From an uncultured delta proteobacterium (GTDB lineage: Bacteria > Desulfobacterota > Binatia > UBA9968), in assembly GCA_963727625.1 (NCBI GenBank), contig CAVSHR010000004.1, positions 992,001 to 1,056,000 of the forward strand: a stretch of DNA of 64,000 bases, read 5' to 3'. Both the position numbers and the translations under genes were made by a program. A model generated the notes under the pieces. That model was not told the origin of the DNA. It saw only the letters and a list, made by a program, of their open reading frames with translations, and ran no database searches. Numbering within the stretch: the first letter of the stretch is position 1; every line of letters starts with the position of its first letter. This document shows positions 39,667 through 49,747 of the stretch, piece by piece.

Positions 39667-39890
39667 GCGTTCACTCCTAATCTTTTAAAATAATTGTTTC
39701 TTCCAGCGGTATCCAATCGAGGGGCAAACTGTCAAGGGCCGGGCCACGGATCCACTACTATTTCCGGCCTGCGCCTTGCGCGTTGATTTTGCAAAGAGGG
39801 GAAGAGGAGTTGGAATTGTTTAAACCCCAACGTTCCCGATGCTTGCAATAGCCAAACCATTCGGGGCAAATAGGTTTGGAGGAATGATCT

Positions 39891-41009
39891 ATGGCAACCG
39901 AACCAGGAGCGGGACTCGCGGGCATCATCGCCGGGCACACGGCGATCGCGACGGTCGGCAAGGAAGGCAAAGGGCTGACCTATCGCGGTTATTCGATCGA
40001 CGATCTGGCCGAGCATTCGACGTTCGAAGAAGTCGCTTACTTGCTCATCTCCGGTCGATTGCCCAAGCAAGCCGAGCTCGATGAATACAAATCGAAGCTC
40101 CGTGCTTTGCGCGGCTTGCCCGCGGCGCTGAAGACGGTTTTGGAATTGATCCCGCGCAGTACCCATCCGATGGACGTCATGCGCACCGGCTGCTCGATGC
40201 TCGGCACACTGGAACCCGAAGGACCCGGCCACGATCAGATCGCCGTGGCCAACCGGCTCACCGCCTGCTTCCCCGCGATGTTGCTTTACTGGCACCACTT
40301 CCACCAACAGGGACGCCGCGTCGATACCGAGACCGACGACGACAGCACCGCCGGCCAATTTTTGCATCTATTGCACGGCAAGAAACCCGACGAGCTGCAC
40401 CGGCGCGCCCTCGACGTGTCGCTGATTCTCTACGCCGAACATGAGTTCAATGCCTCGACGTTCACGGCGCGGACCATCGTCTCCACCCTGCCCGACTTTT
40501 ACTCGGCGGTGACCGGCGGCATCGGCGCGCTGCGCGGTCCGCTGCACGGCGGCGCCAACGAGGCCGCCATGGAGTTGATCGAGCAGTTTGCGAATCCCGA
40601 CGACGCGGAAAAAGGTCTGATGGATATGCTTGCCGCCAAACAATTGATTATGGGATTCGGCCACCGCGTGTACAAGGTCTCCGACCCGCGTTCGGATGTG
40701 ATCAAGCCCTGGTCGAAAAAACTCGGCGAAGCCCAGGACGACAAGCGACTTTTTGCGATCTCCGAGCGCATCGAGCAAGTGATGCGGCGTGAGAAAAAAA
40801 TGTTTCCCAATCTCGATTTCTATAGCGCCAGCGCGTACCATTTCTGCGGCATTCCGACGGCCATGTTCACGCCGATCTTCGTGATCTCGCGCATCACCGG
40901 GTGGTCGGCGCATATCCTCGAGCAGCGTGCCGACAATCGCTTGATCCGGCCCAACGCCGATTACGTCGGCCCAGAACCGCGCCTCTTCGTGCCGGTGGAG
41001 AAAAGATAA
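39891..41009 (+). CDS. prpC: 2-methylcitrate synthase
   Basis: [28 protein letters not shown] and FPNLDF motifs. Directly upstream of prpD. Confidence 0.9.
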   Translation: MATEPGAGLAGIIAGHTAIATVGKEGKGLTYRGYSIDDLAEHSTFEEVAYLLISGRLPKQAELDEYKSKLRALRGLPAALKTVLELIPRSTHPMDVMRTGCSMLGTLEPEGPGHDQIAVANRLTACFPAMLLYWHHFHQQGRRVDTETDDDSTAGQFLHLLHGKKPDELHRRALDVSLILYAEHEFNASTFTARTIVSTLPDFYSAVTGGIGALRGPLHGGANEAAMELIEQFANPDDAEKGLMDMLAAKQLIMGFGHRVYKVSDPRSDVIKPWSKKLGEAQDDKRLFAISERIEQVMRREKKMFPNLDFYSASAYHFCGIPTAMFTPIFVISRITGWSAHILEQRADNRLIRPNADYVGPEPRLFVPVEKR

Positions 41010-41076
41010 CAGCCGTTCAAGGTTGGTTCAAAAGTTCAATCGCCCTCGTCCAACCTTGAACTCTTCGAGAAACAAA

Positions 41077-42513
41077 ATGAGCGATTCAGTTTCAAATATT
41101 CGCCCGGCACCGGACGAAATTCTCGTCGAGCTGGCGGAATATGCGGCAAATTATGTTTCGACCAGCCGCGAAGCCATCGACACCGCGCGTTACAATCTTA
41201 TGGACACGCTCGGCTGCGGCCTGCTCGCGCTTCGCTATCCTGAGTGCACCAAACTGCTGGGGCCTGTGGTTCCCGGCGCCACATTGAAAAATGGCGCCCG
41301 CGTCCCCGGCACGGCTTGGCAGCTCGATCCGGTGCAGGCCGCGTTTAATATCGGCGCGGCGATTCGCTGGCTTGACTTCAACGACGCCTGGCTCGCCGCC
41401 GAATGGGGCCACCCGTCAGACAATCTCGGCGGCATCCTGGCGCTGGCGGACTATTTAACTCGCGCCGGAGAGAAATTATTGACGGTCAACGATGTGCTGC
41501 AGTCGATGATTAAAGCACACGAGATGCAGGGAATCTTGGCATTGGAGAATAGTTTCAATCGCGTCGGTCTCGACCATGTTTTACTCGTTCGGGTTGCCAC
41601 CGCCGCCGTAACCACCGCCATGCTCGGGGGCACGCAAAAACAGATCATCAATGCGCTGTCCAACGCCTGGACCGATGGCGGCGCGCTACGCGTTTATCGC
41701 CACGCGCCCAACACCGGACCGCGCAAGTCCTGGGCTGCGGGGGATGCCACCAGTCGCGGCGTGCGCCTGGCGCTCATGGCGATGCAAGGAGAAATGGGTT
41801 ATCCGTCGGCATTGACGGCTAAGCAGTGGGGCTACTACGACGTCTTGTTCAAGGGCAAACCGTTCAGCCTTGGCCGCCCCTTCGGTTCCTATGTCATGGA
41901 AAACGTGCTGTTCAAAATTTCTTTTCCTGCCGAATTTCACGCGCAGACCGCCGTGGAGTGCGCCCTTCAGCTGTACGATCGGGTCAAAGGGCGATTGGAT
42001 GAGATCGACAAAGTCACGATCACCACGCAGGAATCCGCGATCCGGATCATCGACAAATCCGGCCCGCTGGACAATCCCGCCGACCGTGATCATTGCATCC
42101 AGTACATGACCGCCATCGGTTTGATCTTCGGCGAATTGACCGCCGACCACTACCAAGATGAAGTCGCCAAAGACTCGCGCATCGATGCCTTGCGCGCAAA
42201 AATAATCTGCGTCGAGGATCGGCAGTATTCGAGGGATTATCTCGACCCGAATAAGCGCTCCATCGCCAATGCCGTGCAGGTATTTTTTAAAGATCAATCA
42301 AGCACGGAAAAAGTTGCCGTCGAGTATCCCATCGGTCATCGACGCCGGCGCGCGGAAGGCATACCACTCCTGGTAAGAAAATTTGAAACCAACCTGGCGT
42401 CGCGCTTTGCGCCAGAGCAATGCGAAACAATCCTGCGCCTATGCGCCGATGCCGAGGCCCTTGGCGCAACCCCGATCGACAAGTTCACCGATCAGTTCGC
42501 GAAATCAGGCTAG
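41077..42513 (+). CDS. prpD: 2-methylcitrate dehydratase
   Basis: [28 protein letters not shown] and [14 protein letters not shown] motifs. Confidence 0.95.
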   Translation: MSDSVSNIRPAPDEILVELAEYAANYVSTSREAIDTARYNLMDTLGCGLLALRYPECTKLLGPVVPGATLKNGARVPGTAWQLDPVQAAFNIGAAIRWLDFNDAWLAAEWGHPSDNLGGILALADYLTRAGEKLLTVNDVLQSMIKAHEMQGILALENSFNRVGLDHVLLVRVATAAVTTAMLGGTQKQIINALSNAWTDGGALRVYRHAPNTGPRKSWAAGDATSRGVRLALMAMQGEMGYPSALTAKQWGYYDVLFKGKPFSLGRPFGSYVMENVLFKISFPAEFHAQTAVECALQLYDRVKGRLDEIDKVTITTQESAIRIIDKSGPLDNPADRDHCIQYMTAIGLIFGELTADHYQDEVAKDSRIDALRAKIICVEDRQYSRDYLDPNKRSIANAVQVFFKDQSSTEKVAVEYPIGHRRRRAEGIPLLVRKFETNLASRFAPEQCETILRLCADAEALGATPIDKFTDQFAKSG

Positions 42514-42558
42514 GGCCTGGCGCGCAAAACAAAATTTAACAATAATCCGAGGTATCCC

Positions 42559-43440
42559 ATGAACCAGCGCCAGACGCTAAAAACATTGCTCCAAAGGGAG
42601 AAACTTTTGGTCGCGCCGGGCTGCTTCGACGGTCTGTCGGCGCGCCTGGTCGAACAAGCCGGCTTCGAGGCCGCCTATTTGAGCGGCGGCGCGGTAGCGC
42701 GCAGCATGGGCATACCCGACATCGGTTTGGTCACTATGTCAGAGACTATCGAACGCGCGGCCCAGGTGGTTTCCGCGGTTAAACTCCCGATCATCGCCGA
42801 TGCCGACACCGGTTACGGCAACGCAACCAATCTTGTCCGAACCGTGCGCGAGTTCGAACGGGTCGGCGTCGCGGCGATCCATATTGAAGACCAGATCACG
42901 CCCAAACGCTGCGGTCACCTCGACGGCAAGGAAGTCATCCCTTTGGCGGAGATGGAGCAGAAACTGGCGGCGGCGCTGGCCGCGCGTAGCGATAGCGAAT
43001 TCTGCATCATCGCGCGCACCGACGCGCGCGGCGTCAACGGTTTTGACGATGCCATCGAACGCGCGCGGCACTTCGCCAAACTGGGCGTCGACGCGATCTT
43101 CGTCGAAGCACCCCAATCGGAGGAAGAGCTGGCGGAAATCCCTCGCCGCCTACCCGGTATTCCGCTCCTGGTGAACGTGTTCAAAGGCGGCAAGACGCCG
43201 ATGCTGCCGATGGAGCGCTTGCAGCAAATGGGTTATCGCATCGCCATTTATCCCTCGGAAACCCAGAGGGCGGCGATTCATGCCATGCACACCGCCCTGA
43301 CCACGCTCAAGCGCGAAGGCACAACGGAATCGATCGATGCGGCGCTGACCACGTTCAAGGAACGCGACCGCGTCGTCGGTTTGGAGGAATGGCAGGAAAT
43401 CGAGAAAGCATACTTGGCCGTCGATCCGAACAGTCATTAG
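42559..43440 (+). CDS. prpB: Isocitrate lyase/PEP mutase family, probable 2-methylisocitrate lyase
   Basis: DADTGYG, IEDQ..PKRCGH and ARTDA motifs. Co-oriented after prpCD. Confidence 0.7.
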   Translation: MNQRQTLKTLLQREKLLVAPGCFDGLSARLVEQAGFEAAYLSGGAVARSMGIPDIGLVTMSETIERAAQVVSAVKLPIIADADTGYGNATNLVRTVREFERVGVAAIHIEDQITPKRCGHLDGKEVIPLAEMEQKLAAALAARSDSEFCIIARTDARGVNGFDDAIERARHFAKLGVDAIFVEAPQSEEELAEIPRRLPGIPLLVNVFKGGKTPMLPMERLQQMGYRIAIYPSETQRAAIHAMHTALTTLKREGTTESIDAALTTFKERDRVVGLEEWQEIEKAYLAVDPNSH

Positions 43441-43520
43441 CGGAGACCGAAGTTTGCTCTCATTGATCATCGATCCTTCATCCCTCCGCCTCCATCGTTA
43501 AGCAAACAGGAGATTGACCC

Positions 43521-45005
43521 ATGGATTTCAACGTCATTGAAACCACGATCGAAAACATTCACGCCGCCTACCACTCGGGCGCGCTCACCTGCCGCCGGCT
43601 GGTGCAAATGTATCTGGATCGTATCGACGCCTACGACAAGAACGGTCCATCCCTCAACGCGATCATTTCGATTAACTCCGAGGCGCTCAAAGAAGCGGAT
43701 CGCCTCGATGCTGCCTTCAAGTCCTCCGGCTTGGTCGGACCTCTGCACGGCATTCCGATCATCCTAAAAGATCAAGCCGACGTCGCCGGCATGCCGACGA
43801 CCTTGGGCTCGATTCTGTTCAAAAACTATTACCCAGACCGCGATGCTTTCGTCGTGAACAGACTCAAAAAGGCCGGAGCGATCATCCTGGCCAAGGCCAC
43901 GCTCGGCGAATTGGGCGGCGGCGATACCCATGGCTCGCTGTTTGGCTCGACCAAAAACCCCTATGACCTCGAGCGCACCGCCGGCGGCTCTTCGGGCGGC
44001 CCCGGCGCCAGCGTGTCGGCTAACTTCTGCACCGTGGCGGTCGGCCAGGAAGGCTTTGCTTCGATCCGCCGGCCATCGACCTGGAACTGTGTCGTGGGCA
44101 TGCGTCCGACCGCCGGCCTAGTCAGTCGCTCCGGAGTTTACGCCGGTTGGCCGTCGGTCAACGGATCGCTGGGACCGATGGCGCGCACGGTCACCGACTT
44201 GGGGAAGTTGTTGGACGTGATGGCGGGCTATGACCCGGACGACCCGGTGACCGCCCGGGGAGTTGGCCGTAAACCGGAGAGCTTCGCAAAGTTTCTCGAT
44301 AAAGATGGCCTCAAGGCCAAACGGATCGGCATTCTGCGCCAGTCCATGGGCTACGACGCGGAGCCGGGCTCCGATGATTTCAACAAAATCACCGAGGTCT
44401 TCGACCAAGCTGTCGCCGACTTGAAGCGCGCCGGCGCTGATATCGTCGATCCGGTCACCCTTCCCGACCTAAAATCGCTCCTGGCCAAACGCGCTACAAA
44501 TCTTCACGACGAAGAAGAGTCGTTCAAGGTTTGGATGAACCGCAGTAAAAAGCCGCCCTACCGCTCGCGCCAAGAAGCGATGAGCACACCGGAGTTTCAC
44601 GAAGTCATCAAACGCTCGCGCGACCGCTGGACCAAAGTCGCGAGCGACGAGACCCACTACGAGTATCTCAAGGCGCGCGAAGAGCTCCTGGTCAATCTGC
44701 TGCAAGTGATGGCCGACCACCGGCTCGATGCCATTGTGCACAAAGCCGTGGAGCATCAACCGACCTTGATCAAGGACGGCCTCAATCCGCCCTACGTCGA
44801 CCAGAAAGGCGCGCCGCATATCAATACATTTTTGGTTTATGTTCCGTCCATCGTGGTTCCGGCGGGCTTTACCCGGGACCAGCTGCCGGCCGGGATCACG
44901 TTTTTGGGCCGTCCCTACGACGACGCGAACCTGATCAAATTCGCTTATGCCTATGAACAATCCACTCGCCACCGCAAGCCGCCGCCGAGCGTGACGCCAT
45001 TGTGA
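43521..45005 (+). CDS. Amidase-signature family protein
   Basis: GPLHGIPIILKD and GGSSGG motifs, with GQEGFASIR in place of the usual GTDTGGSIR. Confidence 0.88.
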   Translation: MDFNVIETTIENIHAAYHSGALTCRRLVQMYLDRIDAYDKNGPSLNAIISINSEALKEADRLDAAFKSSGLVGPLHGIPIILKDQADVAGMPTTLGSILFKNYYPDRDAFVVNRLKKAGAIILAKATLGELGGGDTHGSLFGSTKNPYDLERTAGGSSGGPGASVSANFCTVAVGQEGFASIRRPSTWNCVVGMRPTAGLVSRSGVYAGWPSVNGSLGPMARTVTDLGKLLDVMAGYDPDDPVTARGVGRKPESFAKFLDKDGLKAKRIGILRQSMGYDAEPGSDDFNKITEVFDQAVADLKRAGADIVDPVTLPDLKSLLAKRATNLHDEEESFKVWMNRSKKPPYRSRQEAMSTPEFHEVIKRSRDRWTKVASDETHYEYLKAREELLVNLLQVMADHRLDAIVHKAVEHQPTLIKDGLNPPYVDQKGAPHINTFLVYVPSIVVPAGFTRDQLPAGITFLGRPYDDANLIKFAYAYEQSTRHRKPPPSVTPL

Positions 45006-45076
45006 CCGCGGCGATGCTGCGCTATAAAGCTGCGTGGATGGCTATTGCGCCGGCTGTCACAAATGCCGATCACGTC

Positions 45077-45382
45077 ATGATGATCAAAACTCTGCTGCTG
45101 TTCTTCTTAGCGCTTTCCTTGGCCACCCAGGGCGCCACCATTTATATTCAAATCGACAACGACCATGCCCTGACCGCCCTGGTGAACACCAACCGCGATG
45201 TTCATGTCAAAAATAACGACTTCGACGACGATCAGCGCGGCGCCAAGCCCCATGCCGCCGCGCTCTTAACTTTACCGTTCCGGCAAAGAGCCGCTGCAAA
45301 ATCTACTCGTAAGAATACCCGGGCGCCATTTTCCGCAACCCACCGGCCGCTATTTAAGCTCAAGACCGCCTTTCTCATTTAA
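45077..45382 (+). CDS. Hypothetical exported small protein
   Basis: Signal-peptide-like N-terminus (MMIKTLLLFFLALSLA) and C-terminus PLFKLKTAFLI. Confidence 0.45.
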   Translation: MMIKTLLLFFLALSLATQGATIYIQIDNDHALTALVNTNRDVHVKNNDFDDDQRGAKPHAAALLTLPFRQRAAAKSTRKNTRAPFSATHRPLFKLKTAFLI

Positions 45383-45518
45383 AAGACCCGTTTCCTAGAC
45401 GTCCTACTCGATCCAACTGTCGTCGCGGCAGCGACCCCGAGCGACCTCGGGGTCATGCTCCTCGGCATTAAAGTCATTTCAATTTGGCAAGCGCTCAGCG
45501 CTTTAAGAGGAAATAGAG

Positions 45519-45623
45519 ATGGAAGATTTTCCAATTTGGCTAAAGCTCATGATTTGGGGAACCATCGGCCTGACGGTCGGCTACGCCGTTTGGGGCATGA
45601 TCATGTCGTTCACCCAGCCGTAA
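45519..45623 (+). CDS. 34-aa single-TM small protein (absent from the ORF track)
   Basis: GAGGA RBS, MEDFPIWLKLMIWGTIGLTVGYAVWGMIMSFTQP, then TAA TAG TGA and a terminator. Confidence 0.65.
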   Translation: MEDFPIWLKLMIWGTIGLTVGYAVWGMIMSFTQP

Positions 45624-45635
45624 TAGTGACCCACG

Positions 45636-45686
45636 CCGGAAGCGGATGTCGGCACAAGCACCGCACCGCTTCCGGTTTTCCTTTTG
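45636..45686 (+). terminator. Rho-independent terminator
   Basis: CCGGAAGCGG...CCGCTTCCGG stem followed by TTTTCCTTTT. Confidence 0.65.
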
Positions 45687-45796
45687 CAACCGCGAACACG
45701 ATCTTGCTGAATTTTTTCATCTATTCTCTCCCTGGCACGAAGCGCAAGCCAATGCTAGAGATGGGCCAATCCAAAAATCGTAGCGGAGGGAAATCC

Positions 45797-46147
45797 ATGA
45801 AGTTTTATCGACTCTACGCCGGCGCCGACGGCCAGTCTCATTTCGAGCCGCTCGACTCGAGCAAGACATCGGAATTTTTTAACCAAACTCGAGAGGCAAA
45901 GGGATTGTTGTTCAGAAACGACTTCGCGCCGCATATCGTCAACTTCCACCGAGCGCCGCACCGCCGCTGGGTGATCACCCTGGCCGGCAGCGTCGACATC
46001 GGCCTGGGCGGCGGCAGTACAATGACTTTTTGCCCCGGCGACGTATTCCTGGCCGAAGACACGGAGGGGCGGGGCCACACGGCGACGCCGCACGATTGGG
46101 TGCGAGCGTATGTCGATCTGGAGCCGGCAAAAGTCAGAAATCAGTGA
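45797..46147 (+). CDS. Small cupin-like protein (paralog of 23800..24129)
   Basis: RLYAGADGQSHFE, FHRAPHRR and AEDTEGRGH. GGAGGG RBS. Confidence 0.75.
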   Translation: MKFYRLYAGADGQSHFEPLDSSKTSEFFNQTREAKGLLFRNDFAPHIVNFHRAPHRRWVITLAGSVDIGLGGGSTMTFCPGDVFLAEDTEGRGHTATPHDWVRAYVDLEPAKVRNQ

Positions 46148-46261
46148 ATAAAAAACCAGGTTGGAGTGCTGGAGTGTTGCATTATTTTTCAAACCCAGCA
46201 CTCCAGTACTCCAATACTCCAATTCAGACGCTGATTAGCAGCACCTCGGGATCACTCGATT

Positions 46262-47755
46262 ATGAAGCAAAGCGAAACTTCCCGCCCCATCCGCTTCGTC
46301 GACACCACCCTGCGCGACGGCCACCTGAGCCTATGGGCGTCGAACATGCGCACCGCCATGATGCTGCCGGTCGCCGAACGCTTCGAGCGCGCCGGGTTCG
46401 AGGCGATCGAAATCATGTCGTCGGCTTTTTACAAAAAATGCGTGCGCGATCTCAAAGACGATCCCTGGGAGCGCATCCGGCAGCTGAGAAAACTGATTCC
46501 GCGCACGCCGCTGCGCTCGATCCGCAGCCGCTCCATGCTCGCCTTCCAGATCACGCCACCGGCGATCGCCGATCTTTGGCTCGAACGGCTGGCGGCCAAC
46601 GGCATCGACGAACTGCGAACTTCGGACCCGTCGAACACGCCGCTCTACTGGCGGGAAGCCGTCGGCGCCGCCAAGCGCGCGGGTCTGAAGACGATATTGA
46701 ACATCATCTATTCGATTTCGCCCAAACATAGCGACGAGTACTTCGTTCAAAGAGCGCGGGAAGCCGCAAAGCTCGAGGTCGCGCGCATCTGCTTCAAAGA
46801 CCCCGGCGGCTTGCTCACGCCCGAAACCACGCGCCGGCTGCTGCCTTTGATTTTGCAAGAGGCGAAAGACAAACCGGTCGAGTTCCACACCCACTGCAAC
46901 ACCGGCCTGGGGCCACTCTGTTGTCTTGAAGCGATCAAGCTCGGCATCACTTCGATCAATACGGCGATTCCGCCGCTCGCCGACGGCTCCTCCAATCCGT
47001 CGCTGTTTAACGTGGCGATGAATGCCCGGGCCCTCGGTTACCGGACCGAGGTCGACGAGGAAGTTTTGCAACCGGTGCGCGACCATTTCACCGCCATCGC
47101 GAAAAAAGCCAATCTGCCGGTCGGCAAGCCGCTCGAATACGACGCTTTCCATCCGATGCATCAAGTGCCGGGCGGAATGATTTCCAATTTTCGTTTTCAA
47201 CTGGCCAGTCTCGGCAAGCTCGATCAATTGCCGGCGGTGCTTGAAGAAGTTTCGCGAGTGCGCGCCGAGTTCGGCTACCCGATCATGGTCACGCCCTATT
47301 CGCAATTTTTCGGCGTGCAAGCCGCGATCAACGTCATGGTCGGCGCGCGCTACCGGGAAGTCACCGACGAAGTGCTGCTCTACGCCCTCGGCTTTTGGGG
47401 CGAGGAAGAAGCTCATTCCATCGACGCCAATGTCAAAGATCGGCTGGTCGGCACCGCGCGCGCACGGGAACTCGCCAAGATGAAGCCGCCGGCTCTGTCG
47501 ATTCAGGAGTTTCGCGCAAAATTCGCTGGCGCCGGTGTCAGCGACGACGATCGGTTGCTGTGCTACTTCGCGGGGGGAGACGCAGTCGTCGTCATGCGCG
47601 CAGCCGGCGCGCCGGTCGATTACCCCGGCTCGTCCACATCGCTGATCAACTTGATCGAGCAAATGACCAAGCGCAAACATACGGCCCAGGTCTACATCAA
47701 GCGCGACGGCTTCAGCTTGCGTTTGGAACGAAGGAATCCGCCCGTCGGGGCCTGA
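46262..47755 (+). CDS. Pyruvate carboxylase/oxaloacetate decarboxylase-type carboxyltransferase subunit without biotinyl domain
   Basis: DTTLRDGH.SL, FKDPGGLL, HTH, HQVPGGM and GYPIMVTP.SQ motifs. No MKM motif. Confidence 0.85.
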   Translation: MKQSETSRPIRFVDTTLRDGHLSLWASNMRTAMMLPVAERFERAGFEAIEIMSSAFYKKCVRDLKDDPWERIRQLRKLIPRTPLRSIRSRSMLAFQITPPAIADLWLERLAANGIDELRTSDPSNTPLYWREAVGAAKRAGLKTILNIIYSISPKHSDEYFVQRAREAAKLEVARICFKDPGGLLTPETTRRLLPLILQEAKDKPVEFHTHCNTGLGPLCCLEAIKLGITSINTAIPPLADGSSNPSLFNVAMNARALGYRTEVDEEVLQPVRDHFTAIAKKANLPVGKPLEYDAFHPMHQVPGGMISNFRFQLASLGKLDQLPAVLEEVSRVRAEFGYPIMVTPYSQFFGVQAAINVMVGARYREVTDEVLLYALGFWGEEEAHSIDANVKDRLVGTARARELAKMKPPALSIQEFRAKFAGAGVSDDDRLLCYFAGGDAVVVMRAAGAPVDYPGSSTSLINLIEQMTKRKHTAQVYIKRDGFSLRLERRNPPVGA

Positions 47756-47833
47756 GCACAAACTTCATCGCCCGCTTCAAAACGAGGGTCTGACGATTTG
47801 CTTCCCGCGCGCCCACGGCGTTAGCTAAGATTC

Positions 47834-48499
47834 ATGATTTGGCCGAACGCCATCGGGCGTGCGCTTCTAGGAGTTTTTTTTCTCAGCCTGATCGCCGATG
47901 CCAGCGCAGCCCAGACCCCGGCGAGCTGGAGCTGCGCGCCCACGCAAGCGCACTGTCGTTCCATCTTCATCGTTGACAGTACCTGGCACACGGCGATTGT
48001 GCTCCGCAGGGAAGATCTCAGCGGCGTCGCCTTGCCGGAACTGGTCGACTTCCCGGCCGCCCGCTTCATTGAATTCAGCTGGGGCGACAAGGACTATTTT
48101 CCCGATCCTAACGCCGGTGTTTTGACGGCGATCAAAGCCGCCTTCTGGTCAAGCGGCAGCGTGCTTCACCTGGTTGGCTTTAGGGACAAACTCGAGACGT
48201 CCTATCACGGCGCGAAAATTATCGAGCTGCGCTTGTCGGCGCCGGCCTACGCCCGTTTGGTCGAGTATATCGCGCGAAGCTTCGCCCGGCCGAGCGCCGA
48301 TGGGCGCACGCCGGCGAGCCCGGGCTTGGTTGCCGATAGCCGCTTCTATCCTTCAAATGAAAACTTCAGCCTGACGAATACCTGCAACACCTGGGTCGCC
48401 GCCGCCCTACAGTTCGCCGGCCTGCCCGTATCGCCGGGTCTGGTCCTGACCGCGGCCCAGCTTAGCGAGCAGCTCGATGAAATCACCGGGTCCCCTTAG
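47834..48499 (+). CDS. DUF2459-like exported protein
   Basis: WHTAIV, EFSWGDKDYF, FY and NTCNTW motifs. Confidence 0.7.
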   Translation: MIWPNAIGRALLGVFFLSLIADASAAQTPASWSCAPTQAHCRSIFIVDSTWHTAIVLRREDLSGVALPELVDFPAARFIEFSWGDKDYFPDPNAGVLTAIKAAFWSSGSVLHLVGFRDKLETSYHGAKIIELRLSAPAYARLVEYIARSFARPSADGRTPASPGLVADSRFYPSNENFSLTNTCNTWVAAALQFAGLPVSPGLVLTAAQLSEQLDEITGSP

Positions 48500-48673
48500 A
48501 GCGAAAAATGTTTACGCAAGACTTACCAAGCGAAAGGCCAACCGGCAAATTCCTTCCAGTTTTTCTATTAGATTCCTCAGTTCTACGGAGGATACCAACC
48601 CGACTTGCGCGGCACGAGCATTGCGGAGCAGTGAAACAATGGGCAAAATGCTGGGACCCGGTTTGGTTAGCGC

Positions 48674-49717
48674 GTGATTATGATCATGAAAAATCTTTGT
48701 CGGCGCGAGGCTCTGATATTTCTTTTGTTTCTGTCGATCAGTGTTTTTCTACCCGCTTGCCGCTCGACGCCGGTGGCGCCTCCGACCGAGCCAACGGCGG
48801 AGATTCCAGAAAGCCAGCGGCCCGAGGACGAAGGCCCCGAGATCGCGATGCCGCCGGCTTCTCCCACCGAAACAGCGCCCAAGCCAGCGCAGGAAATGAT
48901 CGCCCGCCACCTGCCAGAATCCCGTATCGGCAAGCCGGAGAAAGATCTGGTAGCGCACCGGGTCGAATACAACACTTTGCTGACCTCTCGCGAGAACGAG
49001 CGCAGCGAAGCCGCCTGGCGATATCGCACCACGCGCCGGGGAGAAATTGTCGGCTTTGAATTTTCCAACCACGGCGGTAACCGCATTCTGCCGCTGCGCT
49101 ACGATGCCGCAAGGAACGAATTTTTCACTCGCGACTTTCAATTCCGCTTCGATGAGCGCGCCCGTCAAGACATCCACCTGATGGTCTCGGACTGGGTCGC
49201 ATCGCGCGACCGGACGTTTCGTTTGAGCGAGCTGATGAATAGCGTGCTGCTGTTTTTTCCGAGAAACTTACTGCCCGCCATCGTCGGTTCGCGGGCGCGA
49301 AACATCGTCACCCTGCCCACCGGCGAGGAAGTCGAATTCAACGGCGCAACCCATGAGATCATCGGCGGCGTGCTGTCGGAAACTCCCGTGGATCTCAATC
49401 CGGACCGCGCCGCGCGCAAGTTTCCTGGGATTCAATACCTGGGCAAAGGAGTCGTGATCCGGGCCGATGCGCGCGGTACCGACCCGAGAATGGGGACGAC
49501 CGCGACGATCAGTAACACGGCCATCCCGCAGACTTGCGACAAAGCGGTCGACTGCAATCAGTGTCGGGTGCCGGCGAAAGAACTGTGGGAGCAAAGCGGC
49601 GCGACGCGTTTCAAATTCGCCACGGATGCCGATTTCGATCGCTTTTTAATTCCACGCTGCGGCTTCGGCCTGCCGAAAGTCGGCGCCGAGTACACCATCG
49701 CGACGTCGCTGCGCTAA
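48674..49717 (+). CDS. Hypothetical lipoprotein
   Basis: Lipobox FLPAC, Pro/Glu-rich linker and a C-terminal Cys cluster. Confidence 0.65.
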   Translation: MIMIMKNLCRREALIFLLFLSISVFLPACRSTPVAPPTEPTAEIPESQRPEDEGPEIAMPPASPTETAPKPAQEMIARHLPESRIGKPEKDLVAHRVEYNTLLTSRENERSEAAWRYRTTRRGEIVGFEFSNHGGNRILPLRYDAARNEFFTRDFQFRFDERARQDIHLMVSDWVASRDRTFRLSELMNSVLLFFPRNLLPAIVGSRARNIVTLPTGEEVEFNGATHEIIGGVLSETPVDLNPDRAARKFPGIQYLGKGVVIRADARGTDPRMGTTATISNTAIPQTCDKAVDCNQCRVPAKELWEQSGATRFKFATDADFDRFLIPRCGFGLPKVGAEYTIATSLR

Positions 49718-49747
49718 TCACAGCGACGATGAATTATTATCGCTTCC

